Source: Minisyncoccota bacterium (GTDB taxonomy: Bacteria > Patescibacteriota > Minisyncoccia > Phycocordibacterales > UBA9973). From it: a DNA stretch of 64,000 nucleotides. The notes below the pieces were generated by a model that saw only the letters and a program-made list of their open reading frames with translations, ran no database searches and was not told the origin of the DNA. The DNA lies in NCBI GenBank assembly GCA_035510575.1, contig DATKGV010000012.1, positions 7,596-71,595 on the forward strand, in the 5' to 3' direction. Positions 47,179-55,540 of this stretch are shown here, one piece after another (positions within the stretch are counted from its first letter, which is position 1; every line of letters starts with the position of its first letter). The position numbers and the translations under genes were made by a program.

Positions 47179-47180
47179 GT

Positions 47181-47672
47181 CTATTTTATGTTTGCGTCGT
47201 TATTATTGCTGTCTTTGAAAAGAATGGTCTTCCTCAGCTGCTGTTCTATAAACCACAAAACTATGAATATAAAAAGAGTTAATATTGTCGCTATAATGGC
47301 TATGCTAAAGAGGCCGAATCCAGATGCCATGCCTATGCCGGCCGAAACCCAAAGTCCCGTGACAGTAGTCAAACCCATCAATTTTGAATCTTTTGTAAAT
47401 ATAAGTCCGGCGCCGATAAATCCAACACCAACGATTATCTGGGCGACAATCATCAAAGGATTCATTCCAGCAAAACCTGCATATGTTTTAACCATTTCAT
47501 TTGAAATGATGACAAACAGAGCCGAACCCATGGCCACTAGCGCGTAAGTCCGCATGCCGGCCGTTTTATGCGCCCACATGCGCTCAGTGCCGATAACCAT
47601 GCCTAATAATAAAGCCACAAAAAGACGCAATATTACATCCAATGTAGCCGGATCAATAAAATTATTTATCAT
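47181..47672 (-). CDS. MgtC/SapB family membrane protein.
   Basis: LLLGMVIGTERMWAHKTAGMRTYALVAMGSALFV matches the MgtC signature. Confidence 0.7.
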   Translation of the reverse strand: MINNFIDPATLDVILRLFVALLLGMVIGTERMWAHKTAGMRTYALVAMGSALFVIISNEMVKTYAGFAGMNPLMIVAQIIVGVGFIGAGLIFTKDSKLMGLTTVTGLWVSAGIGMASGFGLFSIAIIATILTLFIFIVLWFIEQQLRKTILFKDSNNNDANIK

Positions 47673-47692
47673 AATGCCTTATTATATCATAA

Positions 47693-48115
47693 TTACTTTA
47701 ACCTATCATAATGATACCCTTCTTCTTCTCTTTTTCTCGTTTGTTCTTCTGTTTCTGTTATATATTTTCCCTTGCCTGTTAATGTATTTTCAACCCAAAG
47801 AAAATATGGCGGGGTTGTCATTGAAATATCGGATCTCACTATCATTGGAATATTATACGAGTGTTCTGTTTCTATATGTTTAATAAGCTTGTCGCTTAAT
47901 ATTTTCGTGGTTGCAAGCATTAGCATGCATTGGCCAATTTCTCGTATGACATTGTTCCATGGATATATTGAATTAACCATCCAATAATCCGCAGAAGTGG
48001 CCAACTTTTCTTCTATGGCGGAATAACCTATTGCTCTCGCCTCTTCCATATCCATGCAAGTCGTATAAACAAAAACGATTTCTTTTGACTCTTTTTCTAC
48101 TTTTTCAAAAATCAT
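47693..48115 (-). CDS. cutA: Divalent cation tolerance protein CutA.
   Basis: VYTTCMDMEEARAI...LATSADYWMVNSIYPW...NIPMIV aligns with the CutA1 fold. Confidence 0.65.
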   Translation of the reverse strand: MIFEKVEKESKEIVFVYTTCMDMEEARAIGYSAIEEKLATSADYWMVNSIYPWNNVIREIGQCMLMLATTKILSDKLIKHIETEHSYNIPMIVRSDISMTTPPYFLWVENTLTGKGKYITETEEQTRKREEEGYHYDRLK

Positions 48116-48149
48116 AATAATTACATTATATATTAATTAATAAACTTCC

Positions 48150-48185
48150 TGCTGACCCGCCTGCTCCCGACTACAGTAGAGCGAG
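48150..48185. repeat. Partial copy of GC-rich repeat family A (CCCGCCTGCTCCCGA core), flanked by a duplicated pseudo 3' end of the Cys-rich paralog gene.
   Basis: 48156-48170 matches the repeat A core. AATAAACTTCCTGCTGA (48139-48155) duplicates the paralog stop region AATAAACCTCTTGCTGG (48197-48213). Confidence 0.55.
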
Positions 48186-48194
48186 TAACATTTC

Positions 48195-49982
48195 TCAATA
48201 AACCTCTTGCTGGTAACATTTCTCGCAGTATATAATCTCTGGTCGGTCTGGTGAATATGATGTTTCAAACTCTATGTCACAGTTATTATTTCCGTGAAAA
48301 TGACTTGTCTTGTCACACATACACTTCCTATGCCAGAGTTTCATAGGATTACGCATTTTTAATCTTTCTCTATGACGACAAAAGAAACATAGATGTGGCA
48401 ATGGCACTTTTAATTTTTTATACAAATTTAATTCATCTTCTATTACTTTAAAGGCCTTCCGGCAATAAATATTATTTTCATTTACATTTTCGCATTCTAT
48501 AATTTCTCTAATTATTTCATCAGAAACGTCATTTAGTTTATCCGGCAAATCTTTTGCTTTTATAGTTGCTTTATATTCATTTACTTGCCTCTCTCGCCAT
48601 TTATAACCTTCTTTTAATATCTTCTCTTTTGTTTTAGGAAAATAATCTTGAGCAACTGTTTCATTGTAGGCAAATGGTGAAAGTTCTACTGGAAAAAATT
48701 CTCCATATTTATAAATAATCTTATTTTTATCAACATAAGGAATATTCATCATTTGCTGTTTTATTTTTGAAACGAGTTTTTCATATTCATCTTTTGAATA
48801 TTGTTTATTTAAAATACAATATTTTTTATTTCTTAAGCCAAGACAGCCAAATAGGTTAGAACAGCCATAACAATTAAAGCAATATTCTATTTCATTTGAA
48901 CTATATACAACACTAGTAAAAAGATTGCGGTAATTTCCTATTCCAGTGTCAAAAATTTCATAAGTCAATTCTGCTAATCCTATTCCAGGACCAGAATCAT
49001 AACCATCTTTTACATCTTTTTCTAGCCAATGAGAATATTTACAATCTTCTATATTGCCCTTTGCATCAAAACAAAATTTGCAATTTTTTGTTCCCTCAAG
49101 ATTATCGCCGATAGAATTAACTGTTTTTATATGGATAGCAAAGCGATGTAATGACTTTAAATACAATTCTTTGAAATTTTTTTTGAGCTCTAAAATTATT
49201 TTATAATCTGTTAAATCCAATTCAGCCAGACGATGATTATACTCTTCTTTAGACAGTTGCTTATTCCACATACAATAGGACTTGCTTCGAAGATTACTGC
49301 AACCAAAACAATTTACACAGCCATGACAATCATATAAAAAATAAGAGTCGACACAATTTTTGCAGTTTAAAGAATATAAAAGATGGTAACAATCTGAACA
49401 AATAACATCATCATAACAAAGTTCTGCATCATTAACTACATAAAGATCGGAAGAATCTTTAATTCTTGAAATCCGATTCGAATAAAAAGTTTGTTCAATT
49501 TGCCAAGAACCAGATGACATGTAACTGTTTCTACTTTCCTCAGCAATATTACAATAATCACTATTCGTAGCATTGCTATTTGAAAGAATTTGGAGGGGAA
49601 ATTGATTCATTAGATTTTTCCATTGCTTAAAAAATGGTTCAGAAAAATCATAATCACGCCCATAAAACATTGGGTCCCATTTATCTCCCCACCAATATTT
49701 TATATCATAAACTATGAGATTTTCATCTGGAGGATAAAGAGAAATTAAAGTTTCATTATGATCGGGAGCATTGCATTTCCTCTTAAAAAGAGACATCTCA
49801 TTTCGCCAGCATAATCTTCTTATCGTTCTGCATTCCGGACAAAAAGTTGGTGGAGGAACTTTAATTTTCTCATAAAAAGAAAAGTCGTCCGGCTCAATAA
49901 TAAAGTTTTGCTTACAGTTTTGGCATATTCTAGTTTCTGAATTCATATTCAGAATTATGCCACAATACCTCCGCCTAGGCAA
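48195..49982 (-). CDS. Cys-rich multi-zinc-ribbon protein (paralog B).
   Basis: 595 aa. Same architecture and identical C-terminal motif as 27363..29030. Overlaps the mnmA 3' end by 28 nt. Confidence 0.7.
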   Translation of the reverse strand: MPRRRYCGIILNMNSETRICQNCKQNFIIEPDDFSFYEKIKVPPPTFCPECRTIRRLCWRNEMSLFKRKCNAPDHNETLISLYPPDENLIVYDIKYWWGDKWDPMFYGRDYDFSEPFFKQWKNLMNQFPLQILSNSNATNSDYCNIAEESRNSYMSSGSWQIEQTFYSNRISRIKDSSDLYVVNDAELCYDDVICSDCYHLLYSLNCKNCVDSYFLYDCHGCVNCFGCSNLRSKSYCMWNKQLSKEEYNHRLAELDLTDYKIILELKKNFKELYLKSLHRFAIHIKTVNSIGDNLEGTKNCKFCFDAKGNIEDCKYSHWLEKDVKDGYDSGPGIGLAELTYEIFDTGIGNYRNLFTSVVYSSNEIEYCFNCYGCSNLFGCLGLRNKKYCILNKQYSKDEYEKLVSKIKQQMMNIPYVDKNKIIYKYGEFFPVELSPFAYNETVAQDYFPKTKEKILKEGYKWRERQVNEYKATIKAKDLPDKLNDVSDEIIREIIECENVNENNIYCRKAFKVIEDELNLYKKLKVPLPHLCFFCRHRERLKMRNPMKLWHRKCMCDKTSHFHGNNNCDIEFETSYSPDRPEIIYCEKCYQQEVY

Positions 49983-51139
49983 ATATCTTTGTCATATACT
50001 ACAATTGATTGACCAGAATCAACTAAAACATCATTATCAAAGGTTACTCTAGCTTCTTTATCCGAAATAATTTTTATATGACAGTTTAGTAATTCTCCAT
50101 GATAGCGAATTTGCGCAGTATATATTTTATTTTTGTCCGGAAGCTCATTTATCCAATTTGTATTATTAATAATTAATGAGCTAAAAAATTCTTTTTTTGA
50201 ATGGTCTGGTGAGTTAGTCCGAGGACCTGAAAAAAATGAATTATTTGGCGAATTTAAAACTGTAATTGTATTTTCTTTTAAATTTTTTGAAACAACATAA
50301 AGAGGCCTATTTTCGGAAGATTTTTCAGTAATCGTAAATCCATGCCTTTCGCCTAAAGTGAAAAATATTGCTCCATCATGAGTGCCTATAACTTCCTCAT
50401 TTTCATTCAGAACATTTCCCTTTTTTGATTCTATATAATGCTTTAGAAAATCTTTCATATCAAGTGGCCCTAAAAAGCAAACACCTTGACTATCTTTTTT
50501 AACTGCCGTAGGAAGCTTATATTTCTTTGCAAGTTTACGAACTTCTGTTTTCTTTAAATGTCCAATTGGGAAAAGTATATGTTCTAAATCTTTCTGAGTA
50601 AGAGTCCACAAAAAATAACTTTGATCTTTTGATGAATCAGGACTTTGTTTTAAAAAGTATTTTTCCTCCCCTGCTAAGGGGAGGTGGTCTTTAGACCGGA
50701 GGGGTGCACCCCCTCGTCTTTCAGACACTCCCCCTTCGCAGGGGGAGAAAAAAACTTTAGCATAATGTCCAGTTGCAATAAAATCTGCTCCATGACTTTT
50801 TGCAAAATTCCAAAATACACCAAACTTCACTTCGCGATTGCACATGACATCTGGATTGGGAGTATGGCCCTTTTTATATTCTTCTATCATATAGAGAGCC
50901 ACATTCTTCTTATATTCTTCCTCCGCATTACACTCCAAAAACGGAATGTTTAAATGGGCGCAAACTTTCATGGCGTCGCGCCGTTCATTTCGCCAAGAGC
51001 ATTCTATGAAGTCCGGCGTCCATGTGCGTATAAAAACTCCGACGACATTATAGCCTTGGTCTTTTAAAAGCGCGGCGCTGACTGAAGAATCTACGCCTCC
51101 GGAAACGCCGACAAACACTGTTTTATTATTTTTATTCAT
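49955..51139 (-). CDS. mnmA: tRNA-specific 2-thiouridylase MnmA carrying two in-frame repeat-derived inserts.
   Basis: PP-loop VGVSGGVDSSV. GHYA...DQSYFL. The insert SPCEGGVSERRGGAPLRSKDHLPLAGEE is encoded by a GC hairpin triplet. The insert FFSGPRTNSPDHSKKEFF is encoded by repeat B. Confidence 0.85.
   Translation of the reverse strand: MNKNNKTVFVGVSGGVDSSVSAALLKDQGYNVVGVFIRTWTPDFIECSWRNERRDAMKVCAHLNIPFLECNAEEEYKKNVALYMIEEYKKGHTPNPDVMCNREVKFGVFWNFAKSHGADFIATGHYAKVFFSPCEGGVSERRGGAPLRSKDHLPLAGEEKYFLKQSPDSSKDQSYFLWTLTQKDLEHILFPIGHLKKTEVRKLAKKYKLPTAVKKDSQGVCFLGPLDMKDFLKHYIESKKGNVLNENEEVIGTHDGAIFFTLGERHGFTITEKSSENRPLYVVSKNLKENTITVLNSPNNSFFSGPRTNSPDHSKKEFFSSLIINNTNWINELPDKNKIYTAQIRYHGELLNCHIKIISDKEARVTFDNDVLVDSGQSIVVYDKDICLGGGIVA
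50198..50231. repeat. Repeat family B, copy 2, in frame in mnmA.
   Basis: TGAATGGTCTGGTGAGTTAGTCCGAGGACCTGAA, compared with copy 1 at 37336-37369. Confidence 0.75.
50664..50747. repeat. Array of three GC-rich hairpins in frame in mnmA.
   Basis: CCTCCCC-TGCTAA-GGGGAGG. GAGGGG-TGCA-CCCCCTC. CTCCCCC-TTCGCA-GGGGGAG. Confidence 0.75.
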
Positions 51140-51154
51140 AATCTAAAACTGGAA

Positions 51155-52024
51155 TTAATTCTTGCTCCATCTGGCAAAAATGCCGCACGGAAGCAATCGA
51201 TTGCTTTTGCTTTCTTCTATCACCAATTCGCCTGATTCAATAACACCATTGTATCTTTTCATCATATCTTTCAAATTATTTTCATACGTAATAGGCGAAT
51301 AACCGGCAGTATAGCCGTTTATAAGGACAAATAGCGGATTTTCGGATAATATTTGCTTGCCTAAATCCATAAGTTCCAGAAAATTTTCTTCTATTTTCCA
51401 CAATTCATCTTTAGGACCGTGGCCGAAAGCCGGCGGATCCATAACGATAGCGTCATATTTGCGTCCGCGCTTGATTTCCCTTTTCATAAATTGGATGACA
51501 TCATCTGTTATCCACCTTATAGGAGCATTCTCCAAGCCAGAAAGTTCGGCATTCTGGCGCGCCCAAGCAACAGCTGTTTTTGATCCGTCAACATGGCAAA
51601 CTTCCGCTCCGGCTCGCGCGCATGCCATAGTCGCTCCGCCCGTGTAAGCAAACAGATTTAAAACGCTGATAGGATTATCGCGCTTATTTTTTTTTATTAT
51701 ATTTTCCATCCATTGCCAATTAATTGCTTGTTCAGGGAAAAGGCCTATGTGCTTGAAAGATGTCGGCTTGATTGCAAAAATCAAATTATGAAGCGTAATA
51801 TTCCAAGATTTCGGAGTAACTTCTTTAATAATCCATTTGGTGCGCTCGCCGTTTCTAATAAATTTTAATTCGGCTTTATCCCAAACATCTTCAGGCAATA
51901 ATCTGCGCCAAAGGGCCTCTGGATCCGGGCGCGATAATATATAAGGCCCATAGCGTTCGAGCTTGCAACCCTCGCCTCCGTCAAGCAATTCATATTCTTT
52001 TTGTTTTTCTATTTTTAAAATCAT
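51155..52024 (-). CDS. Class I SAM-dependent methyltransferase, RlmI/RlmK-like rRNA methyltransferase.
   Basis: LNLFAYTGGATMACARAGA...VDGSK...AIVMDPPAFG. Confidence 0.65.
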   Translation of the reverse strand: MILKIEKQKEYELLDGGEGCKLERYGPYILSRPDPEALWRRLLPEDVWDKAELKFIRNGERTKWIIKEVTPKSWNITLHNLIFAIKPTSFKHIGLFPEQAINWQWMENIIKKNKRDNPISVLNLFAYTGGATMACARAGAEVCHVDGSKTAVAWARQNAELSGLENAPIRWITDDVIQFMKREIKRGRKYDAIVMDPPAFGHGPKDELWKIEENFLELMDLGKQILSENPLFVLINGYTAGYSPITYENNLKDMMKRYNGVIESGELVIEESKSNRLLPCGIFARWSKN

Positions 52025-52047
52025 ATTTATCTGGCCATAGGCGATGA

Positions 52048-52956
52048 TTATTTGAGATATTTGGCAATATTAATCTTATGCTCTTGGAATGTTTTTGCAA
52101 AATGTATCATGCCATTCTTATCATACAGATAATACAGATATGGAGAGTCAACAGGATAAAGAGATGCGCTTATGGACATTAGCCCGGGATTTGCAATAGG
52201 TTCCGATGGAAGTCCCAATATCTTATAAGTGATAGGCGCGGCATCAACTTGAAGGGGCATGCCAAGCGAAAGGCGCTTCCAGAGAATTCCGGAAATGATT
52301 TTCATATCGCTTTCGCTGGACGCTTCATGCTCAAGTATGGAAGCCATTGTTATAATATCATTCAAGCTGTGCTTGGAATTCAAAACATCTTGGCGCAATT
52401 TTGCCGTTTGCTTGTCGAAATTATCGGATAAAACCGAGATTATTTCATCCGTGGTGGAAAGAGAAAAGAAAAAATAAGTATCCGGGAATAAATATCCCTG
52501 TTTTGCGGCGGCATTTTTATCAAATTCTTCTTTATTAAAACCAGCAATATTTTTTGACAGCAAATCGGATATCTCGCCGTTGGTCAAACCTTCCCTGATT
52601 GTAATCTTAATCGGATTAACATTATGCATTCCGTGAGCAAGATCCCATGCTACTTTAAAAAGCGGCGAATTTTTATTGAAATAATAATCGCCCCACGGTA
52701 TCTGCCTATCGCTTTTGAATAATTCAGCCAGCAATTGGAGCAAGGTTTTTGAACGAATAATATTCTTGTCTTTTAAATCATTGGATATCGCATGAAGCGA
52801 TTCTTTGGGAGAAATATGAATTGTAGTCGGATTTGAGCCGATAGGCGCTGATATTAAAGAATAATAGCCGATAATAAAGACAATCATGGCAATTAAAACA
52901 TACACACGGCTTCGGCGTGTGTATGTTTTAATTGGTTCTTTATCGGATATATCCAT
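52048..52956 (-). CDS. mltG: Endolytic murein transglycosylase MltG (YceG-like).
   Basis: N-terminal TM helix. YceG motifs GYLFPDTYFF and ASILEHEAS. Confidence 0.8.
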   Translation of the reverse strand: MDISDKEPIKTYTRRSRVYVLIAMIVFIIGYYSLISAPIGSNPTTIHISPKESLHAISNDLKDKNIIRSKTLLQLLAELFKSDRQIPWGDYYFNKNSPLFKVAWDLAHGMHNVNPIKITIREGLTNGEISDLLSKNIAGFNKEEFDKNAAAKQGYLFPDTYFFFSLSTTDEIISVLSDNFDKQTAKLRQDVLNSKHSLNDIITMASILEHEASSESDMKIISGILWKRLSLGMPLQVDAAPITYKILGLPSEPIANPGLMSISASLYPVDSPYLYYLYDKNGMIHFAKTFQEHKINIAKYLK

Positions 52957-52959
52957 ACG

Positions 52960-54258
52960 TTATATAGGCAAATTCGTAGGCGGTTTTGCAATCTTTGATT
53001 CAATGCGCTTGAAGCTTGGCGTCTCAGAAACCATACCTGGAAAGTGATAAATCGTCGCAAGTTCTTCCGATGAAAGGACAAAAATATTGGCTTTGTGCGA
53101 TGGAAAAAATGCTGAAAGAATCGCTGGATAATTATACGCATATTGGATTGGTGGATGAAAGAAAGTTCTCATGCGATACCAATCAAGCATTCTCTTCTTT
53201 ATTTTTGTCAGAGCAAGACCAGTCGGATCAGACCATGGCGCGTCAAACTGAGTTGAATTAACACGCCATAATTCATTTGAAAAAGGCGCTGCATATTGGC
53301 GAAAAAGAAGGCGGGAAGAACGCCTTAAATTTTGAAACTGTTCTTCGGTAGTGATTCTTTTATCAGATAAAGTTATAAGGCGTATGCCGCAGTCAAAGTG
53401 TATCTGCCTCAAATTCGTGGACCATAGTTTGATCATATCATCCAAATAACCTGGGGCACGAATTTCCATAGAATCTGTTCCTCCTGGACCTTCTCCGAGA
53501 TGCAATCTTACAAACGGTTTGAGCACTTCTTTTATATGTTCCTCGGCATAGGTCTCAAAATCAATATTTTTGCCGGTAACATGGCTGTGATATTTTTTTA
53601 TGCTTTGCCTTATAATTATTTGAATCCAGACCTGCTGGCCTTTGGGTAGAGCGCCCAAATATTCAATAACCGGAGTTATGGGATCAACTTTGAATTCTTC
53701 TTTAGTTCCGCTTTTCATTTCCTCCATCTGCTTGTATGTTTTTATCGACTGGACATCATGCTTTAATTTCTTGAATTCGCAGCCCCACATATTCCAGTCG
53801 CCGTTTTTCTTGTATTGAGGCACATGAAAAGCATAATCGTCAACTTCAACAACTTTGGCCTGAGGATATTGGCCATAAATCTGGGTCTCAACCAAATCGC
53901 GTATGCGCGTCGGCGTGCGCACAAAGAAATGGACATTGCCGTCAATGGAAGCTATTTCAAGAGAAAACCACATCCATGGCGCTCCTTGTATATACTGCTC
54001 CCAAAAACCCTTGAAGCTTTTATGATAAAAAGCATTCGATAAAACTAGTTCCATGGCGGCCGGGGTCTTGACGACATCGCGCGGCACTTGAATTTCAAGA
54101 AGCACCCACTTGATGCCCATGATAAACCGCTCTTGGCGATAATGATGCCATAAATTAAAAGCAATCATAGCCAAAGGAATCGGCATCAAATAGCCGATGA
54201 CAACCAACAATATCTGTATAAGATTAAAATTATGCGTGGCAAAAAATTCTTGAATCAT
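52960..54258 (-). CDS. Hypothetical protein with an N-terminal TM anchor.
   Basis: ORF only. No motif recognised. Confidence 0.4.
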   Translation of the reverse strand: MIQEFFATHNFNLIQILLVVIGYLMPIPLAMIAFNLWHHYRQERFIMGIKWVLLEIQVPRDVVKTPAAMELVLSNAFYHKSFKGFWEQYIQGAPWMWFSLEIASIDGNVHFFVRTPTRIRDLVETQIYGQYPQAKVVEVDDYAFHVPQYKKNGDWNMWGCEFKKLKHDVQSIKTYKQMEEMKSGTKEEFKVDPITPVIEYLGALPKGQQVWIQIIIRQSIKKYHSHVTGKNIDFETYAEEHIKEVLKPFVRLHLGEGPGGTDSMEIRAPGYLDDMIKLWSTNLRQIHFDCGIRLITLSDKRITTEEQFQNLRRSSRLLFRQYAAPFSNELWRVNSTQFDAPWSDPTGLALTKIKKRMLDWYRMRTFFHPPIQYAYNYPAILSAFFPSHKANIFVLSSEELATIYHFPGMVSETPSFKRIESKIAKPPTNLPI

Positions 54259-54376
54259 TTTATTGGGACGATTTAAACATGCCGATTAGGATTGCAATAA
54301 ACAAAAGACCGACTAGGATTATCACAATATTTATAATACCGCGATTGCGCATGCCGTCATTATATCACAATTAAGT

Positions 54377-54410
54377 AATAAAATATCCCCGTCGATGGGG
54401 ATATTTTATT
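54377..54410 (-). terminator. Perfect 34-nt palindrome forming a terminator that overlaps the stop of the HTH protein gene.
   Basis: AATAAAATATCCCC-GTCGAT-GGGGATATTTTATT. The minus-strand hairpin is followed by a T-rich run. Confidence 0.6.
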
Positions 54411-55440
54411 ACGCTATGGAATACAGTCCGTTCTTGTTCTTCTTAAAATATTTTGAATTCTGCAGATTGACAAGTATGGTGTTCTTCTTCAAATATCTCT
54501 CTTTCATCACCTGGTTCACAATATCATCTTTCGACATAGGCCCGTTTTTTTTCAAAAGTTCTTTTATAACATCACGGACGACGCCTGACTTATACCCCCA
54601 TTCTGACAGAGCATATATGCCGCGCCCGACAAGAACGAATCTTGGATCCTTAATAAGCTCATTGTGGCAAGTCGCCGTATGGCATTTCTTGTTAAATGTC
54701 TCTGTAATAGCTTTAGCGACTTCTCTGAAATGCATGGGAGAACCGTGCTTGCGCATCATAAGAAAAGCATAATCCTTGATGCCGCGAGTTTTTATGCCTG
54801 AAGATGTGGACTTGCCCCATTCGCCGAGCGGATTCTTGCTGATCATCTTGGACATATTCAGCCAGCGTCTGGCTATTTCTTCATTCTTATATTGTTCGGA
54901 TAAATTTTTGACTTCATCAAGAAATCTCGCAATCAGATCGTTCTCGTGAACCAGCTCATCGTCTGAAAGTTTTTCATACAAGCTCTTGAGGGACTTATGA
55001 ACTTCTTCTGATATGGCATTATCGACGCTCCAGCGCGATTTAAAATGATTATCTTCTTTGTGCCTAGTGAAAGCGTCGCTCAGCGTCAAATACAAATTAA
55101 TATGATTCTGCGCAATTTTATCTTTTGAAATGTGATTTAGAAGATCTTGCTCCGAAACGATAGCGCCTAGGGTATGCATTAATTTCTTTAATTCCTCAAA
55201 AACAGCTTTCTCGCTTTTAAACGATTCTGATTTGCGGATTAAATTAAGAGCTGAATTCTCAATCTGGCGCACACGTTCGCGGGTGATGCCATATTTCTGG
55301 CCGATGGCTTCAAGCGTTTTCCTCTGGGCATCATCGGCAAGACCGAAGCGGTTCACTATAACTTCATGGGCGCGCGGTGGCAGGCCCGAAAGTATATGCT
55401 TGGTAACTTGCTTTGGTTTGAATGTGAGTGTGTTAGCCAT
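54409..55440 (-). CDS. Sigma-70 region 4-like HTH domain protein; putative transcription factor.
   Basis: N-terminal LEAIGQKYGITRERVRQIENSAL resembles sigma region 4.2. The remainder is unrecognised. Confidence 0.5.
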   Translation of the reverse strand: MANTLTFKPKQVTKHILSGLPPRAHEVIVNRFGLADDAQRKTLEAIGQKYGITRERVRQIENSALNLIRKSESFKSEKAVFEELKKLMHTLGAIVSEQDLLNHISKDKIAQNHINLYLTLSDAFTRHKEDNHFKSRWSVDNAISEEVHKSLKSLYEKLSDDELVHENDLIARFLDEVKNLSEQYKNEEIARRWLNMSKMISKNPLGEWGKSTSSGIKTRGIKDYAFLMMRKHGSPMHFREVAKAITETFNKKCHTATCHNELIKDPRFVLVGRGIYALSEWGYKSGVVRDVIKELLKKNGPMSKDDIVNQVMKERYLKKNTILVNLQNSKYFKKNKNGLYSIA

Positions 55441-55540
55441 TTGATTGTGATCTAAGATAATAAAATTTATTTGCTCTTTTTATAATATCATCAGTACTAA
55501 ATAAAGTCAACTATTTTGCAAGGTTTTATAAATTAAGCGC

